A DNA stretch of 64,000 nucleotides, from assembly GCA_018062625.1 (NCBI GenBank), contig JAGORV010000002.1, positions 20,823-84,822 on the forward strand, written 5' to 3'. The translations under genes were made by a program, and so were the position numbers. Shown here one piece after another: positions 28,341 to 37,218 of this stretch. The notes below the pieces were generated by a model, which did not search any database, was not told the DNA's origin, and saw nothing but the letters and a program-made list of their open reading frames with translations. Numbering within the stretch: the stretch's first letter is position 1; every line of letters begins with the position of its first letter. Source of the DNA: Candidatus Woesebacteria bacterium. Its GTDB lineage: Bacteria > Patescibacteriota > Microgenomatia > UBA10105 > UBA927.

Positions 28341-29814
28341 TATTCCAAGTACAGATAGATTGATAACTACATTGAAAAAATTATTTCTCCGCATTTTGTC
28401 CTCGCCTTTATTGCTTTATTTGTGTGTTATAGCATTTGTTCTTTATTTTGGATTGCTCACTAGTCAGCGTCATCTGCACTTATTGTCTCTGAGATTGGAT
28501 TTAGGAAATATGGATCAGACCGTGTGGAATGTAGCCCACGGTCACGGATTTGTGCTGACTGATCCTGAATCGGATCAGCAAGTTTCGCGTTTGGCATATC
28601 ACGCAGACTTCCTTCTTGTGCTTCTGGCACCGCTGTATTGGATTTGGTCGAGTCCCTATATGTTGCTTTTCGTACAAGTAATCGTGGTGGGGTTGGGAGC
28701 ACTACCACTCTATTGGATAGCAGATAAAACATTACGATCAAAACCACTCGCATTATTATTTGCTGTTGGGTATCTGTTATATCCACCCATGGAGCGAGCA
28801 CTTATGTATGACTTCCATGCGGTCACCCTAGCCACGTCATTTTTATTATTTGCGTACTGGTATATGGATACCCAGAAATGGGGAAGATTTGTGCTGTTTG
28901 CCCTACTTTCTGCAATTTGCAAAGAACAGATCTGGATTGTGGTAGCTATGATGGGAATATATATAGCAATTTGGAAAAAGAAGATTGCGTTAGGAGGGGT
29001 CACTGCTGGTGTGAGTCTGGTTGTGTTTTATCTTTTATTTTGGAAAGTTATACCGGCGCATGCTACGGCTAATCAACATTTTGCATTGAAATATTTATCA
29101 GACTTTGGTGGGGATATGGATTCCATCCTTGTGTCAATGCTTGGTGATCCGCAATTACTTTTTCAAACAGTGCTTGCCCCTGATCGGGCTTGGTATTTGT
29201 TTCAACGATTTGTACCAGTGGGATTTTTATCTATATTTGCACCATGGAAGTTGCTATTTGGCAGTGTCGATTTTGGTCTAAGTTTGCTCAGTAGTAATCA
29301 GTTTATGCGAAGTATAGATTATCAGTACAACAGTGTAGTAACCCCGTTTATTTTTATTACCAGTATTGAAGGTTTAGCGGTCATAATCCGTCTAGCAAAA
29401 AAGAAAAAGCATATCTTTACACAAATTGCGATTTGTGTGCTTGTTGTGACAACGCTTCTGTCGTCCTATGTTTGGGGAGTGTTACCCAAAGGAGTGCATT
29501 CACTTTCTTGGTATTATTTTCGAGAGCCAGCAGGATATACGACCATGAAATATGTTCTGGAAAATATTGATACCAAATATTCTGTTTCTATAACAAATAA
29601 TTTGGGTGCTCAAGTATCACAAAGGCGAGAGTTATATAATTTTCCAGTTCGAGCCCGCGAAGCAGATTATGTAGTCGTAAAACTTGATGATAAAGCTGCT
29701 TGGCCAAGTCTTGCAGAACAGATTTCGGTCACCGAAGAATTGCGACAGGACATAAACTATGAATTATATGCTCACACGGGAAGTTTCTCTGCATTTCGAA
29801 GAAAGGATTTGTAG
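28285..29814 (+). CDS. polytopic membrane protein, DUF2079-like (putative GT-C-type glycosyltransferase)
   Basis: Multiple TM helices and an MDQTVWN...HAD-containing first periplasmic loop. Start uncertain: ATG 28285 overlaps the MTase; an in-frame TTG at 28360 is possible. Confidence 0.55.
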   Translation: MYAQLIHLHGLSYLQKSYNIPSTDRLITTLKKLFLRILSSPLLLYLCVIAFVLYFGLLTSQRHLHLLSLRLDLGNMDQTVWNVAHGHGFVLTDPESDQQVSRLAYHADFLLVLLAPLYWIWSSPYMLLFVQVIVVGLGALPLYWIADKTLRSKPLALLFAVGYLLYPPMERALMYDFHAVTLATSFLLFAYWYMDTQKWGRFVLFALLSAICKEQIWIVVAMMGIYIAIWKKKIALGGVTAGVSLVVFYLLFWKVIPAHATANQHFALKYLSDFGGDMDSILVSMLGDPQLLFQTVLAPDRAWYLFQRFVPVGFLSIFAPWKLLFGSVDFGLSLLSSNQFMRSIDYQYNSVVTPFIFITSIEGLAVIIRLAKKKKHIFTQIAICVLVVTTLLSSYVWGVLPKGVHSLSWYYFREPAGYTTMKYVLENIDTKYSVSITNNLGAQVSQRRELYNFPVRAREADYVVVKLDDKAAWPSLAEQISVTEELRQDINYELYAHTGSFSAFRRKDL

Positions 29815-29822
29815 TTTCCTTA

Positions 29823-29852
29823 TTGCGTAAAAAGATTTTGTCCTGTCATAAT
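29823..29852 (+). promoter_or_regulatory. promoter-like element (TTGCGT-17/18-TCATAAT) before the zinc-ribbon gene
   Basis: TTGCGT at 29823-29828; extended -10 TCATAAT at 29846-29852; RBS AAGGAG at 29865-29870; ATG at 29878. Confidence 0.4.
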
Positions 29853-29877
29853 GGTGTTTCTATAAGGAGAAAAATAT

Positions 29878-30399
29878 ATGAGTGATCAAGTGTCCAAAAA
29901 TTGTCCGAAGTGTGGTAATCCATTGACTGACGTGCAAACGACAGCAACAGGAAAAAAACTTATCCGTTGTAGTACGGGCCATTGGAACAAAGAAACGAAA
30001 AAGAATGAGGGATGTGATTATGTGAAATGGCTAGAAGTCGAACCAGAGACACTCGATGAGAAATGCCCCAAATGTGGCAATCCACTCATGATGGTCGTGA
30101 CACGATTTGGCAAAAAGATGAAAAAATGTAGCACGGGGGGTTGGGATAAAGTTGCCAAAAAAGCTACAGGATGTGACTATGTCGAATGGATAAACGGTAC
30201 AACCGTCCCACTGGAAGAAGAATGCCCAGAATGCGGATCGACACTTGTTTTGTATACAACGGCTTCGGGTAAACGTATGAAGAAATGTTCTACTTCAGGA
30301 TGGGATCGCGATAAAAAAGTTGCGACTGGATGTTCCTATGTCCAATGGCTTAAACCCGGAGAAGATCTTGAGCAGCCACCACCACCAGAAGAACAATAA
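29878..30399 (+). CDS. triple zinc-ribbon protein (TopA C-terminal/YrdD-like C4 zinc ribbons x3)
   Basis: Three tandem ~57-aa repeats, each CP(K/E)CG...(R/K)CST(G/S)GW...GC(D/S)YV(K/E/Q)W(L/I), giving 12 Cys; Pro/Glu-rich tail. Confidence 0.7.
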   Translation: MSDQVSKNCPKCGNPLTDVQTTATGKKLIRCSTGHWNKETKKNEGCDYVKWLEVEPETLDEKCPKCGNPLMMVVTRFGKKMKKCSTGGWDKVAKKATGCDYVEWINGTTVPLEEECPECGSTLVLYTTASGKRMKKCSTSGWDRDKKVATGCSYVQWLKPGEDLEQPPPPEEQ

Positions 30400-30405
30400 C
30401 GATAA

Positions 30406-31386
30406 TTGTGGGATAATAGCCTGATGCAATCTATCTGGCAGAAGCTTCCAGCGCCATTTCTTGTTCTCGCACCACTTGAAGGAGTTACTGACACCGTGTT
30501 CCGACGTATTGTGGCATCCTGTGCTCGCCCTGATTTATTTTTTACAGAATTTACGAACTCCGATGGTTATTGTTCTGTCGGGCGTGATTCGGTTGCGGAA
30601 AATTTCCGATATACACCTATTGAACAACCTCTGATAGCGCAAATTTGGGGAAAAAATCCAGAGCATATGTACAAGACTGCCGTTGATCTGTCCAAGATGG
30701 GATTTGCAGGGATTGATATAAACATGGGCTGCCCTGAACGCACGGTTATGAAAAATGCCTGTGGAGCAGCCATGATAGAGACTCCAGATGTGGCAATAGC
30801 GGTGATTGCAGCAGTGAAAAAAGGAGCAGGTAGCTTGCCAGTGAGCGTTAAGACTCGTATAGGAGTTCGAAAGATTGTGACTGAAGAATGGGTCAGTTTA
30901 TTGTTGGCGCAAGGACTTGATGCACTTACTGTTCATGGTAGGACAGCAGCAGAGATGTCAAAAGTCCCAGCACATTGGGATGAGATTGCAAAAGTAGTTG
31001 TGATTCGAGATCGCATGAAGTTACAGACGAAAATAATTGGCAATGGAGACGTGAAGGATGCACGAGATGCTAGGGAAAAAGCCAAAGAGTTTGGCGTAGA
31101 TGGTGTGATGATAGGTCGTGGCATTTTTAATAATCTTTGGTGTTTTGATAAATCAGACAATCCGCATGTTGGGACGACACAAGAGTTATTTTCTATTATG
31201 GAAAAACATATAACAATGTTTGATGCCGAGTGGGGAAATCGCAAAAGCTTTGCATTACTTAAGAAATTCTTCAAAATTTATGTCTCTGGATTTGGTGGAG
31301 CGTCAGAAGCTCGTCAACGCTTTATGGAAACGGCAAATGCCAAGGAAGCGCTTGCATTGCTTGCCGAGTTATCGGGTGTTGTGTAA
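30406..31386 (+). CDS. dus: tRNA-dihydrouridine synthase
   Basis: LAPLEGVTDTVFRRI FMN-binding start and TIM-barrel Dus motifs. Confidence 0.88.
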   Translation: MWDNSLMQSIWQKLPAPFLVLAPLEGVTDTVFRRIVASCARPDLFFTEFTNSDGYCSVGRDSVAENFRYTPIEQPLIAQIWGKNPEHMYKTAVDLSKMGFAGIDINMGCPERTVMKNACGAAMIETPDVAIAVIAAVKKGAGSLPVSVKTRIGVRKIVTEEWVSLLLAQGLDALTVHGRTAAEMSKVPAHWDEIAKVVVIRDRMKLQTKIIGNGDVKDARDAREKAKEFGVDGVMIGRGIFNNLWCFDKSDNPHVGTTQELFSIMEKHITMFDAEWGNRKSFALLKKFFKIYVSGFGGASEARQRFMETANAKEALALLAELSGVV

Positions 31387-31397
31387 ATCAATTCCTC

Positions 31398-32459
31398 GTG
31401 AAATTTCTGATACTCTTCGTATATAATTTTATAATGACTAAATTTGTCGCTGTTATTATAGGGTTAGTCGTAGTGCTTGGGGTTGCAGGATTTGCCGTCA
31501 ATCGACAACGCATACAAAACTTTATACCTGACATTACCAATACCTCCACACCAACCCCCATGCCACTGGCTGAGCTTACGATTCCACACTTGCGATCGCG
31601 TACTTATGAGAGTGCGCTGGGTGAGCGCACGAAACTGTACGATCGTGATACATACTCTGCGTATACAACTTCTTATACATCAGATGGTCTCAAAATAAAT
31701 GCAATGCTCACTATTCCCCGTGGTGATGCAAGTAAACATCCTGCAATTGTATTTGTGCATGGGTATATCCCGCCCACGTTATATGTGACGACAGAAAAGT
31801 ATGTAGAGTATGTAGATTATCTTGCACGAAATGGGTTTGTCGTTCTAAAAATTGATTTGAGAGGGCATGGAAATAGTGAGGGAGAAGCAGGTGGCGCCTA
31901 TTATAGCTCTGATTATGTTATCGATACGCTCAACGCTAGAGCGGCGCTTGCGAGTTCTGATTTTGTATTGTCCGATAAAATCGGCCTATGGGGACATAGT
32001 ATGGCAGGAAACGTTGTCATGAGAGCATTTGCTTCCATGCCTACTATCCCAGCTGTCGTGGTTTGGGCAGGCGCTGGATATACGTATCAAGATTTAATTG
32101 AATATAGAATCTCTGATCAAAGCTACAGACCTCCATCAACAATCGCAAATAGATCGAAGAGACGAGAATTATTGCGCCAGACTCACGGTGACTTCACCCA
32201 ATCCAGTGTATTCTGGAAACAGGTTGCTATCACAGGCTATCTGAGCGATTTAAAAGGTGCTGTCGATATTCACCATGCAGTGGATGATGATGTTGTGAGC
32301 GTAGAGTACAGTAGGAACCTAGCAAAATTGTTGGAAGAAACATCCGTTATTCATGAGCTATACGAGTATCCGAGTGGTGGGCATAATATTTCTGGAGTAA
32401 ACTTTGGCATGGCTATGATGCGCACGGTTGATTTTTACAAAAAGCATCTCTCGCAATAA
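31398..32459 (+). CDS. membrane-anchored alpha/beta hydrolase (S9/dienelactone hydrolase-like)
   Basis: N-terminal TM helix; nucleophile elbow GLWGHSMAG; Asp and His in the C-terminal part (HHAVDDD, GGHN). Confidence 0.7.
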   Translation: MKFLILFVYNFIMTKFVAVIIGLVVVLGVAGFAVNRQRIQNFIPDITNTSTPTPMPLAELTIPHLRSRTYESALGERTKLYDRDTYSAYTTSYTSDGLKINAMLTIPRGDASKHPAIVFVHGYIPPTLYVTTEKYVEYVDYLARNGFVVLKIDLRGHGNSEGEAGGAYYSSDYVIDTLNARAALASSDFVLSDKIGLWGHSMAGNVVMRAFASMPTIPAVVVWAGAGYTYQDLIEYRISDQSYRPPSTIANRSKRRELLRQTHGDFTQSSVFWKQVAITGYLSDLKGAVDIHHAVDDDVVSVEYSRNLAKLLEETSVIHELYEYPSGGHNISGVNFGMAMMRTVDFYKKHLSQ

Positions 32460-32464
32460 CGCGA

Positions 32465-32833
32465 CTATTGTCCTAATAGTGTATTTATTTTTTCTATTGC
32501 AACATCGATCGATGTATTGGCTTTTACCAGATATCCGCTAGCTCCTAACTCCATAGCAGTTTTTTGTTCTGTATCCAGATTGGTCATGATCAGGACTGGA
32601 ATAGTAGATGTTTTAGGATCTTTTTTGATTTCTTGTAGTACATCAAATCCGTTCATGCCTTCGGGAAGCATGATATCCAAAATCACCAGATCTGGTGCCG
32701 GAATTTCTCTAATTTTTGTGAGACCTGCTTTGCCTGTGTTTACTGTTGTGATAACGAAGTTTTGGGTATCAAACGCATCCTTGTACATGTTTTGGAGTGT
32801 GACATCATCCTCGATCATCAAGACGTGTTTCAT
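32465..32833 (-). CDS. stand-alone response-regulator receiver (CheY-like) protein
   Basis: REC motifs: acidic pocket MIEDD, phospho-acceptor ILDIMLP, T (TNLD) and K (LVKAN). Start at MKHV with RBS AAGGGAGG; the ORF-track TTG start further upstream is not used. Confidence 0.8.
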   Translation of the reverse strand: MKHVLMIEDDVTLQNMYKDAFDTQNFVITTVNTGKAGLTKIREIPAPDLVILDIMLPEGMNGFDVLQEIKKDPKTSTIPVLIMTNLDTEQKTAMELGASGYLVKANTSIDVAIEKINTLLGQ

Positions 32834-32978
32834 AGTGGCCTCCCTTATTGCACGAAGAACAACATTACTAGTAAGCATAGGTAAAACGGTCGGGTAATGC
32901 AACTTTTTGTAATCTATATTGCATTTTGAGAGATAGAGGAATACACTCGAGGAAATTACGTGATCTCACATTGGGATT

Positions 32979-33401
32979 ATGGCAGCAAATACTACACTTA
33001 TTATTCAGACAGGGCTTAAGGAACTCGCTTCTGTGCTGTTAAATCCCGCACAGGCTAATCGTGTTCGTATGTACGAACCTGTTGGACGGAGTCCCATTAT
33101 GGTGCATCCAACCGCTGAGGAGGCAAATTGGTTTGGTGCGGTGGTCGAAAAAAATGGAAATATGCCTGCCACAAGAACGGTAGGAAATTGGCGAAGTTCG
33201 TTTGAAGGAGCGCAAATTTTAGGAAAAAAAGATACAATCGCAGCTAGTGAGATCGTCATCGCTCGACGTGGACGATTTGGTAGTATTCATATGGACGATA
33301 GAACTCATGAAATCACCATAGTGTATTATGGCGCTGATGTGCGTTTGGCCTCAGGAAGATTTATGGTTAAACCGATTGTGCCTCGTAGATTGTTTTATTG
33401 A
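32979..33401 (+). CDS. hypothetical protein (140 aa)
   Basis: Intact ORF divergent from the receiver gene; no motif recognised. Confidence 0.5.
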   Translation: MAANTTLIIQTGLKELASVLLNPAQANRVRMYEPVGRSPIMVHPTAEEANWFGAVVEKNGNMPATRTVGNWRSSFEGAQILGKKDTIAASEIVIARRGRFGSIHMDDRTHEITIVYYGADVRLASGRFMVKPIVPRRLFY

Positions 33402-33486
33402 ACCCCACATGCTTTCCTTACCTATTCCGTAGTATTCTTTGATAGAATAATTTATAGCCTGTTTTGTAAAGCCGAAAGGAGAATTT

Positions 33487-33984
33487 ATGAACAAATCTAT
33501 TCTTGCAGTATTTGGTGTCCTTTTGTTTTTGGGTGTGGGATTTTATGTATATCAATCTCTACAATCGGGAAGTAGCCAAGTTGTATCTGTACAAGGAATT
33601 GATTTGGCAAAAAGTATAACCCCTATTCCCACCAATGAGTCTGTTACAGATACCAAGTCTAGCTCGAGGTATGTGCCATATACGACAAGTGCATTTAATG
33701 TCGCAGCTTCAGGCAGACGAGTATTGTTTTTTTACGCATCATGGTGTCCGACCTGTAGACCAGCGGACGCAGATTTCGTTGCAAACCAAAATAAATTTCC
33801 AACAGACCTGACGGTACTTCGGGTGAACTACAATGATCCGGACACAGATAGTGAGGAAAAAGATCTGGCAAAAAAATATGCGGTTACATACCAACACACG
33901 TTCGTCCAGATAGATGCAAAAGGTGAAAAGGTTGCAGTATGGAACGGCGGGCAAACATCGGAGTTGTTGGAAAAGATCAAATAA
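33487..33984 (+). CDS. membrane-anchored thioredoxin-fold protein (TlpA/ResA-like)
   Basis: N-terminal TM helix; redox motif WCPTC inside FFYASWCPTCRP. Confidence 0.75.
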   Translation: MNKSILAVFGVLLFLGVGFYVYQSLQSGSSQVVSVQGIDLAKSITPIPTNESVTDTKSSSRYVPYTTSAFNVAASGRRVLFFYASWCPTCRPADADFVANQNKFPTDLTVLRVNYNDPDTDSEEKDLAKKYAVTYQHTFVQIDAKGEKVAVWNGGQTSELLEKIK

Positions 33985-33990
33985 TAATTT

Positions 33991-34839
33991 ATGAAAACTA
34001 TAGGAATTGTAGGACTTGGCATCATGGGCAGTGGTATGGCTGCAAATTTTTTGAAAAAAGGATTTACTGTGTATGTGTGGAACCGCTCTGCAAAGGCAGT
34101 AAGCGCACAGGTGGCACATGGCGCAGTGAGTTGCGCTTCTCCGCGAGAAGTCGCAGAACATGCAGATATAATTTTTGAAGTGACGGCAAACGATGAATCA
34201 TCTCGTGCTGTATGGGCAGGAGAGGAAGGGATTCTGGCTGGTGCAGGTGCAGACAAGGTGATTATCGCGTCAGCGACGCTTTCTGTGCGCTGGATCGACG
34301 AGCTTGCAAGTATTTGTCGTGACAAAGGAGTCATTTTTTGTGATATTCCCATGACGGGAGGACGTGTTGGTGCAGAATCAGGAGCACTTATGTTGCTTTG
34401 TGGCGGAGATGCAACAGTTATTAAATCACTCCAGCCTGTATTTGATGCGATAGCAAAAAAAGTATTTTACTTTGGGCATGCTGGGAAGGGCATGCGATAC
34501 AAACTTATATTGAACTACATGCAAGCCCTTCATATCGTGGGTTTTGGTACCGCTATGAAAATGGCGAAAGCACATAATATGGATTTAGAGACTGTGGCGG
34601 CCGCCCTTGCAGAAAGACCGGGGGGAGTGATTACGGAAATTGCAAAAAATAGATATTTCAAAGATACAGATCCGGTAACCTTTTCTATAGAGTGGATAGT
34701 GAAAGACCTCACCTATGCCAAAGAATATGCAGGAGATTTAGCTGTACCACTTCTCGATGATGTGCTAGAAGTCTACAAAAAATCTCTCGCATCAGGACAC
34801 GGGGAAGACGATTGGGCGAGCGTAAATAGAGAAGAATAA
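33991..34839 (+). CDS. NAD(P)-dependent 3-hydroxyacid dehydrogenase (HIBADH/6PGDH-NAD-binding family)
   Basis: IGIVGLGIMGSGMAANFLKKG dinucleotide fold; catalytic Lys region; 282 aa. Confidence 0.8.
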   Translation: MKTIGIVGLGIMGSGMAANFLKKGFTVYVWNRSAKAVSAQVAHGAVSCASPREVAEHADIIFEVTANDESSRAVWAGEEGILAGAGADKVIIASATLSVRWIDELASICRDKGVIFCDIPMTGGRVGAESGALMLLCGGDATVIKSLQPVFDAIAKKVFYFGHAGKGMRYKLILNYMQALHIVGFGTAMKMAKAHNMDLETVAAALAERPGGVITEIAKNRYFKDTDPVTFSIEWIVKDLTYAKEYAGDLAVPLLDDVLEVYKKSLASGHGEDDWASVNREE

Positions 34840-34867
34840 TTACGATGGTTTTGCGCCTCTTGGTATA

Positions 34868-35269
34868 ATGTGGAGCATGCCAGATTTTCGCAGACCACTC
34901 ACACAACGCGGTAGATCGCTACGCAAAGAAGCTTCCATTGGCGCATCAGCGAGATCTCAGAGTACGTATTTGGATAACGTAGCGCAGGATGAAGCAAATA
35001 TTCGCATGGGTGCTTCGGCAACTGTTTGGCAACTGAAACATGGGGATAAGGAATTGCAGGATTTTGCGTTAGAGCAACTTAAAGAATTGATCGCGAAGTA
35101 CTCAAAAGTCTTCGGAGATCAAAATGGCACCAGTGGGGCATATCTGACTCGAATTTCTAGTGAATTAAATGTCGATTTAGGAGATATTTTAGCTACTCGC
35201 GGCGAAAAAGATGCGGTACTTGTATTGCTTCGTAAGCGTCATGCACGGAGAACAACTCGAACGGGATAG
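34868..35269 (+). CDS. hypothetical protein (133 aa)
   Basis: Intact ORF; no motif recognised. Confidence 0.45.
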   Translation: MWSMPDFRRPLTQRGRSLRKEASIGASARSQSTYLDNVAQDEANIRMGASATVWQLKHGDKELQDFALEQLKELIAKYSKVFGDQNGTSGAYLTRISSELNVDLGDILATRGEKDAVLVLLRKRHARRTTRTG

Positions 35270-35290
35270 GCAGGATCTTGTATTGAGGAC

Positions 35291-35635
35291 TTATCTTCTG
35301 GAGATATCTCGATTTGTAGTAGCCTGACCTGTTTCTATATCTATGTTTCCATTTGCGTAATCCTGTATACGCAGTAATAGTTGTCGTTTTACCTCTAGTG
35401 CTCCCATTTTCTTTTCCCGACTGGTTGCGCTATATCTCCTCATGGCTATAGAAATGGTGTGCTCATTCATACCTAACACTTCCTCCACCAGTCGGTTATA
35501 TGTGTCAGGTGCCACTTTCCAACTTCGGGCAAAAGACAAACGATCAGGCTGAAGAAATTCTTCACGTAACTTCCCAGAATATTTTTTTATAATAGATGCT
35601 TCACGAGTGTAGTTTGCTGGGGTGAAATTTCTCAT
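35291..35635 (-). CDS. hypothetical protein (114 aa)
   Basis: Intact ORF convergent with the previous gene. Confidence 0.45.
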   Translation of the reverse strand: MRNFTPANYTREASIIKKYSGKLREEFLQPDRLSFARSWKVAPDTYNRLVEEVLGMNEHTISIAMRRYSATSREKKMGALEVKRQLLLRIQDYANGNIDIETGQATTNRDISRR

Positions 35636-35684
35636 ATTCTCTAAATATTATCTATCTTATGTGTGTTTATTGTATTTACTTTGT

Positions 35685-35713
35685 TTGATTATAGCAACTC
35701 AAAAGGTTATAAT
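35685..35713 (+). promoter_or_regulatory. strong sigma70-type promoter (TTGATT-17-TATAAT) of the MFP-RND operon
   Basis: TTGATT at 35685-35690, 17-nt spacer, consensus TATAAT at 35708-35713, 26 nt before the ATG at 35740. No SD; short leader. Confidence 0.5.
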
Positions 35714-35739
35714 GCGCACTCTGCTCAATATTATATTTT

Positions 35740-37218
35740 ATGAAAGCTATTCGCGCATTTATTGCAAAAATTCAAATTCATATCAAAAAACTTCAAAAGT
35801 TTCTCTCTGCACGCGGCAAAAAGGTGACTAAGTACGTTGATCGCAATCCCAACAAAAGTTTCTATATCGCTATAGCAATTCTTGTGCTTCTCATAGTGAT
35901 TAGTAATGTAGTGGGTGCGCCAAAAGTAGCAACCAAAAAAGATGTAGTACAGGTAAAGCAGGTACAACTTTACTCTGTAGGATCTGCGCCTCGTATGAAT
36001 GTATTGGCAAAAGTGGAAAAATCAGGAGTAATCACAATTTCTGCGCAAACTCCAGGGATTGTTTCCTATATTAATGCCACGCTTGGTCAGACGATAGGTC
36101 GTGGGCAGAATGTATTGGGATTATCTAGTAATTATCAGGGTGGAAATACCGCATCACTGGGTCGACAGCTCGCCCAAACACAATATCAAAACGCGCTCGA
36201 TACTCAGCAAATCCAAAAAGACATTATCGGCAGTCAGCGAGAGCTTGCCCAAAAAGCAGATACCAACGCAGATCAAATGCGACAGATTACCTATCAGTCG
36301 ATAACTGCCACTCAAGATCTCGTCAATCTAAATGCGGAAATAGTAGCTGGTATAGATAGCTCTATCGCATATTTGGAAAGCACCAATGTTGGGGGAGCCA
36401 ACGATGCCATGATTTTGTCTACCAAGCAGCTAAAGTCACAATTTTTGGCGGGGCTCAATGGTGCCAAACAAGGATTGGCTTTGGCCCAACTTACATCGCC
36501 GGATGGTACGACTGCTGCGATCCTTTCCGATCTTGGTCGCGACACTGCGACTCGTTCGCTAGATCTACAAGAAAAAATGATAGCCATGAGTTTGGAAATA
36601 TCACGAATTCAGCTACAGATTGCACAAGTGGTTGAGGGGATGATGTATCCAGTGACCCCGTTTGCAGGCAAAGTGGAACGTATATTTGTAAATGTGGGAG
36701 AAGCGGTAAATCCAGGAGCACCCCTTGTGCAAATCTCCGGAGATCAAGCCACAAAGCCCACGGTCGCTGTAGCGTATGTATCTGGGGATGTGGCACGATC
36801 TGTGTCGAAGCTCGAAGATAGTACCATTCGCATAAATAGCACCACTTCGTTTACCGCTAAACCTATGTACGTATCGACGCAAGCGGTGAGTGGATCACTG
36901 TATGCCGTGTATTTTGCGATTCCTTCAGAGTATGCGGATGGAACCACAAATTCCGGATATGTCACCGTGGAATTGCCGATAGGGTACATGAACACAACCG
37001 CAGCGGCACCGTATATTCCGATCGATAGTGTGTATCAGACGAAAGACGCAAGCTACGTGTATGTTGAGCGAAACGGCAAGGCAGAAAGTTTGACGCTGGA
37101 GCTGGGCAATGTCTACGGAAGTTTTGTTGAAGTGAAAAAGGGACTATCTGCAAATGATAAAGTTATTGTAAATCGCAATGTCATCGCAGGAGATAAAGTG
37201 ACGGGGAACGCAAAATGA
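35740..37218 (+). CDS. efflux periplasmic adaptor / membrane fusion protein (HlyD-like)
   Basis: N-terminal TM anchor, long coiled-coil-prone Q/A-rich segment, C-terminal beta-barrel region. 4-nt overlap with the RND gene. Confidence 0.7.
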   Translation: MKAIRAFIAKIQIHIKKLQKFLSARGKKVTKYVDRNPNKSFYIAIAILVLLIVISNVVGAPKVATKKDVVQVKQVQLYSVGSAPRMNVLAKVEKSGVITISAQTPGIVSYINATLGQTIGRGQNVLGLSSNYQGGNTASLGRQLAQTQYQNALDTQQIQKDIIGSQRELAQKADTNADQMRQITYQSITATQDLVNLNAEIVAGIDSSIAYLESTNVGGANDAMILSTKQLKSQFLAGLNGAKQGLALAQLTSPDGTTAAILSDLGRDTATRSLDLQEKMIAMSLEISRIQLQIAQVVEGMMYPVTPFAGKVERIFVNVGEAVNPGAPLVQISGDQATKPTVAVAYVSGDVARSVSKLEDSTIRINSTTSFTAKPMYVSTQAVSGSLYAVYFAIPSEYADGTTNSGYVTVELPIGYMNTTAAAPYIPIDSVYQTKDASYVYVERNGKAESLTLELGNVYGSFVEVKKGLSANDKVIVNRNVIAGDKVTGNAK

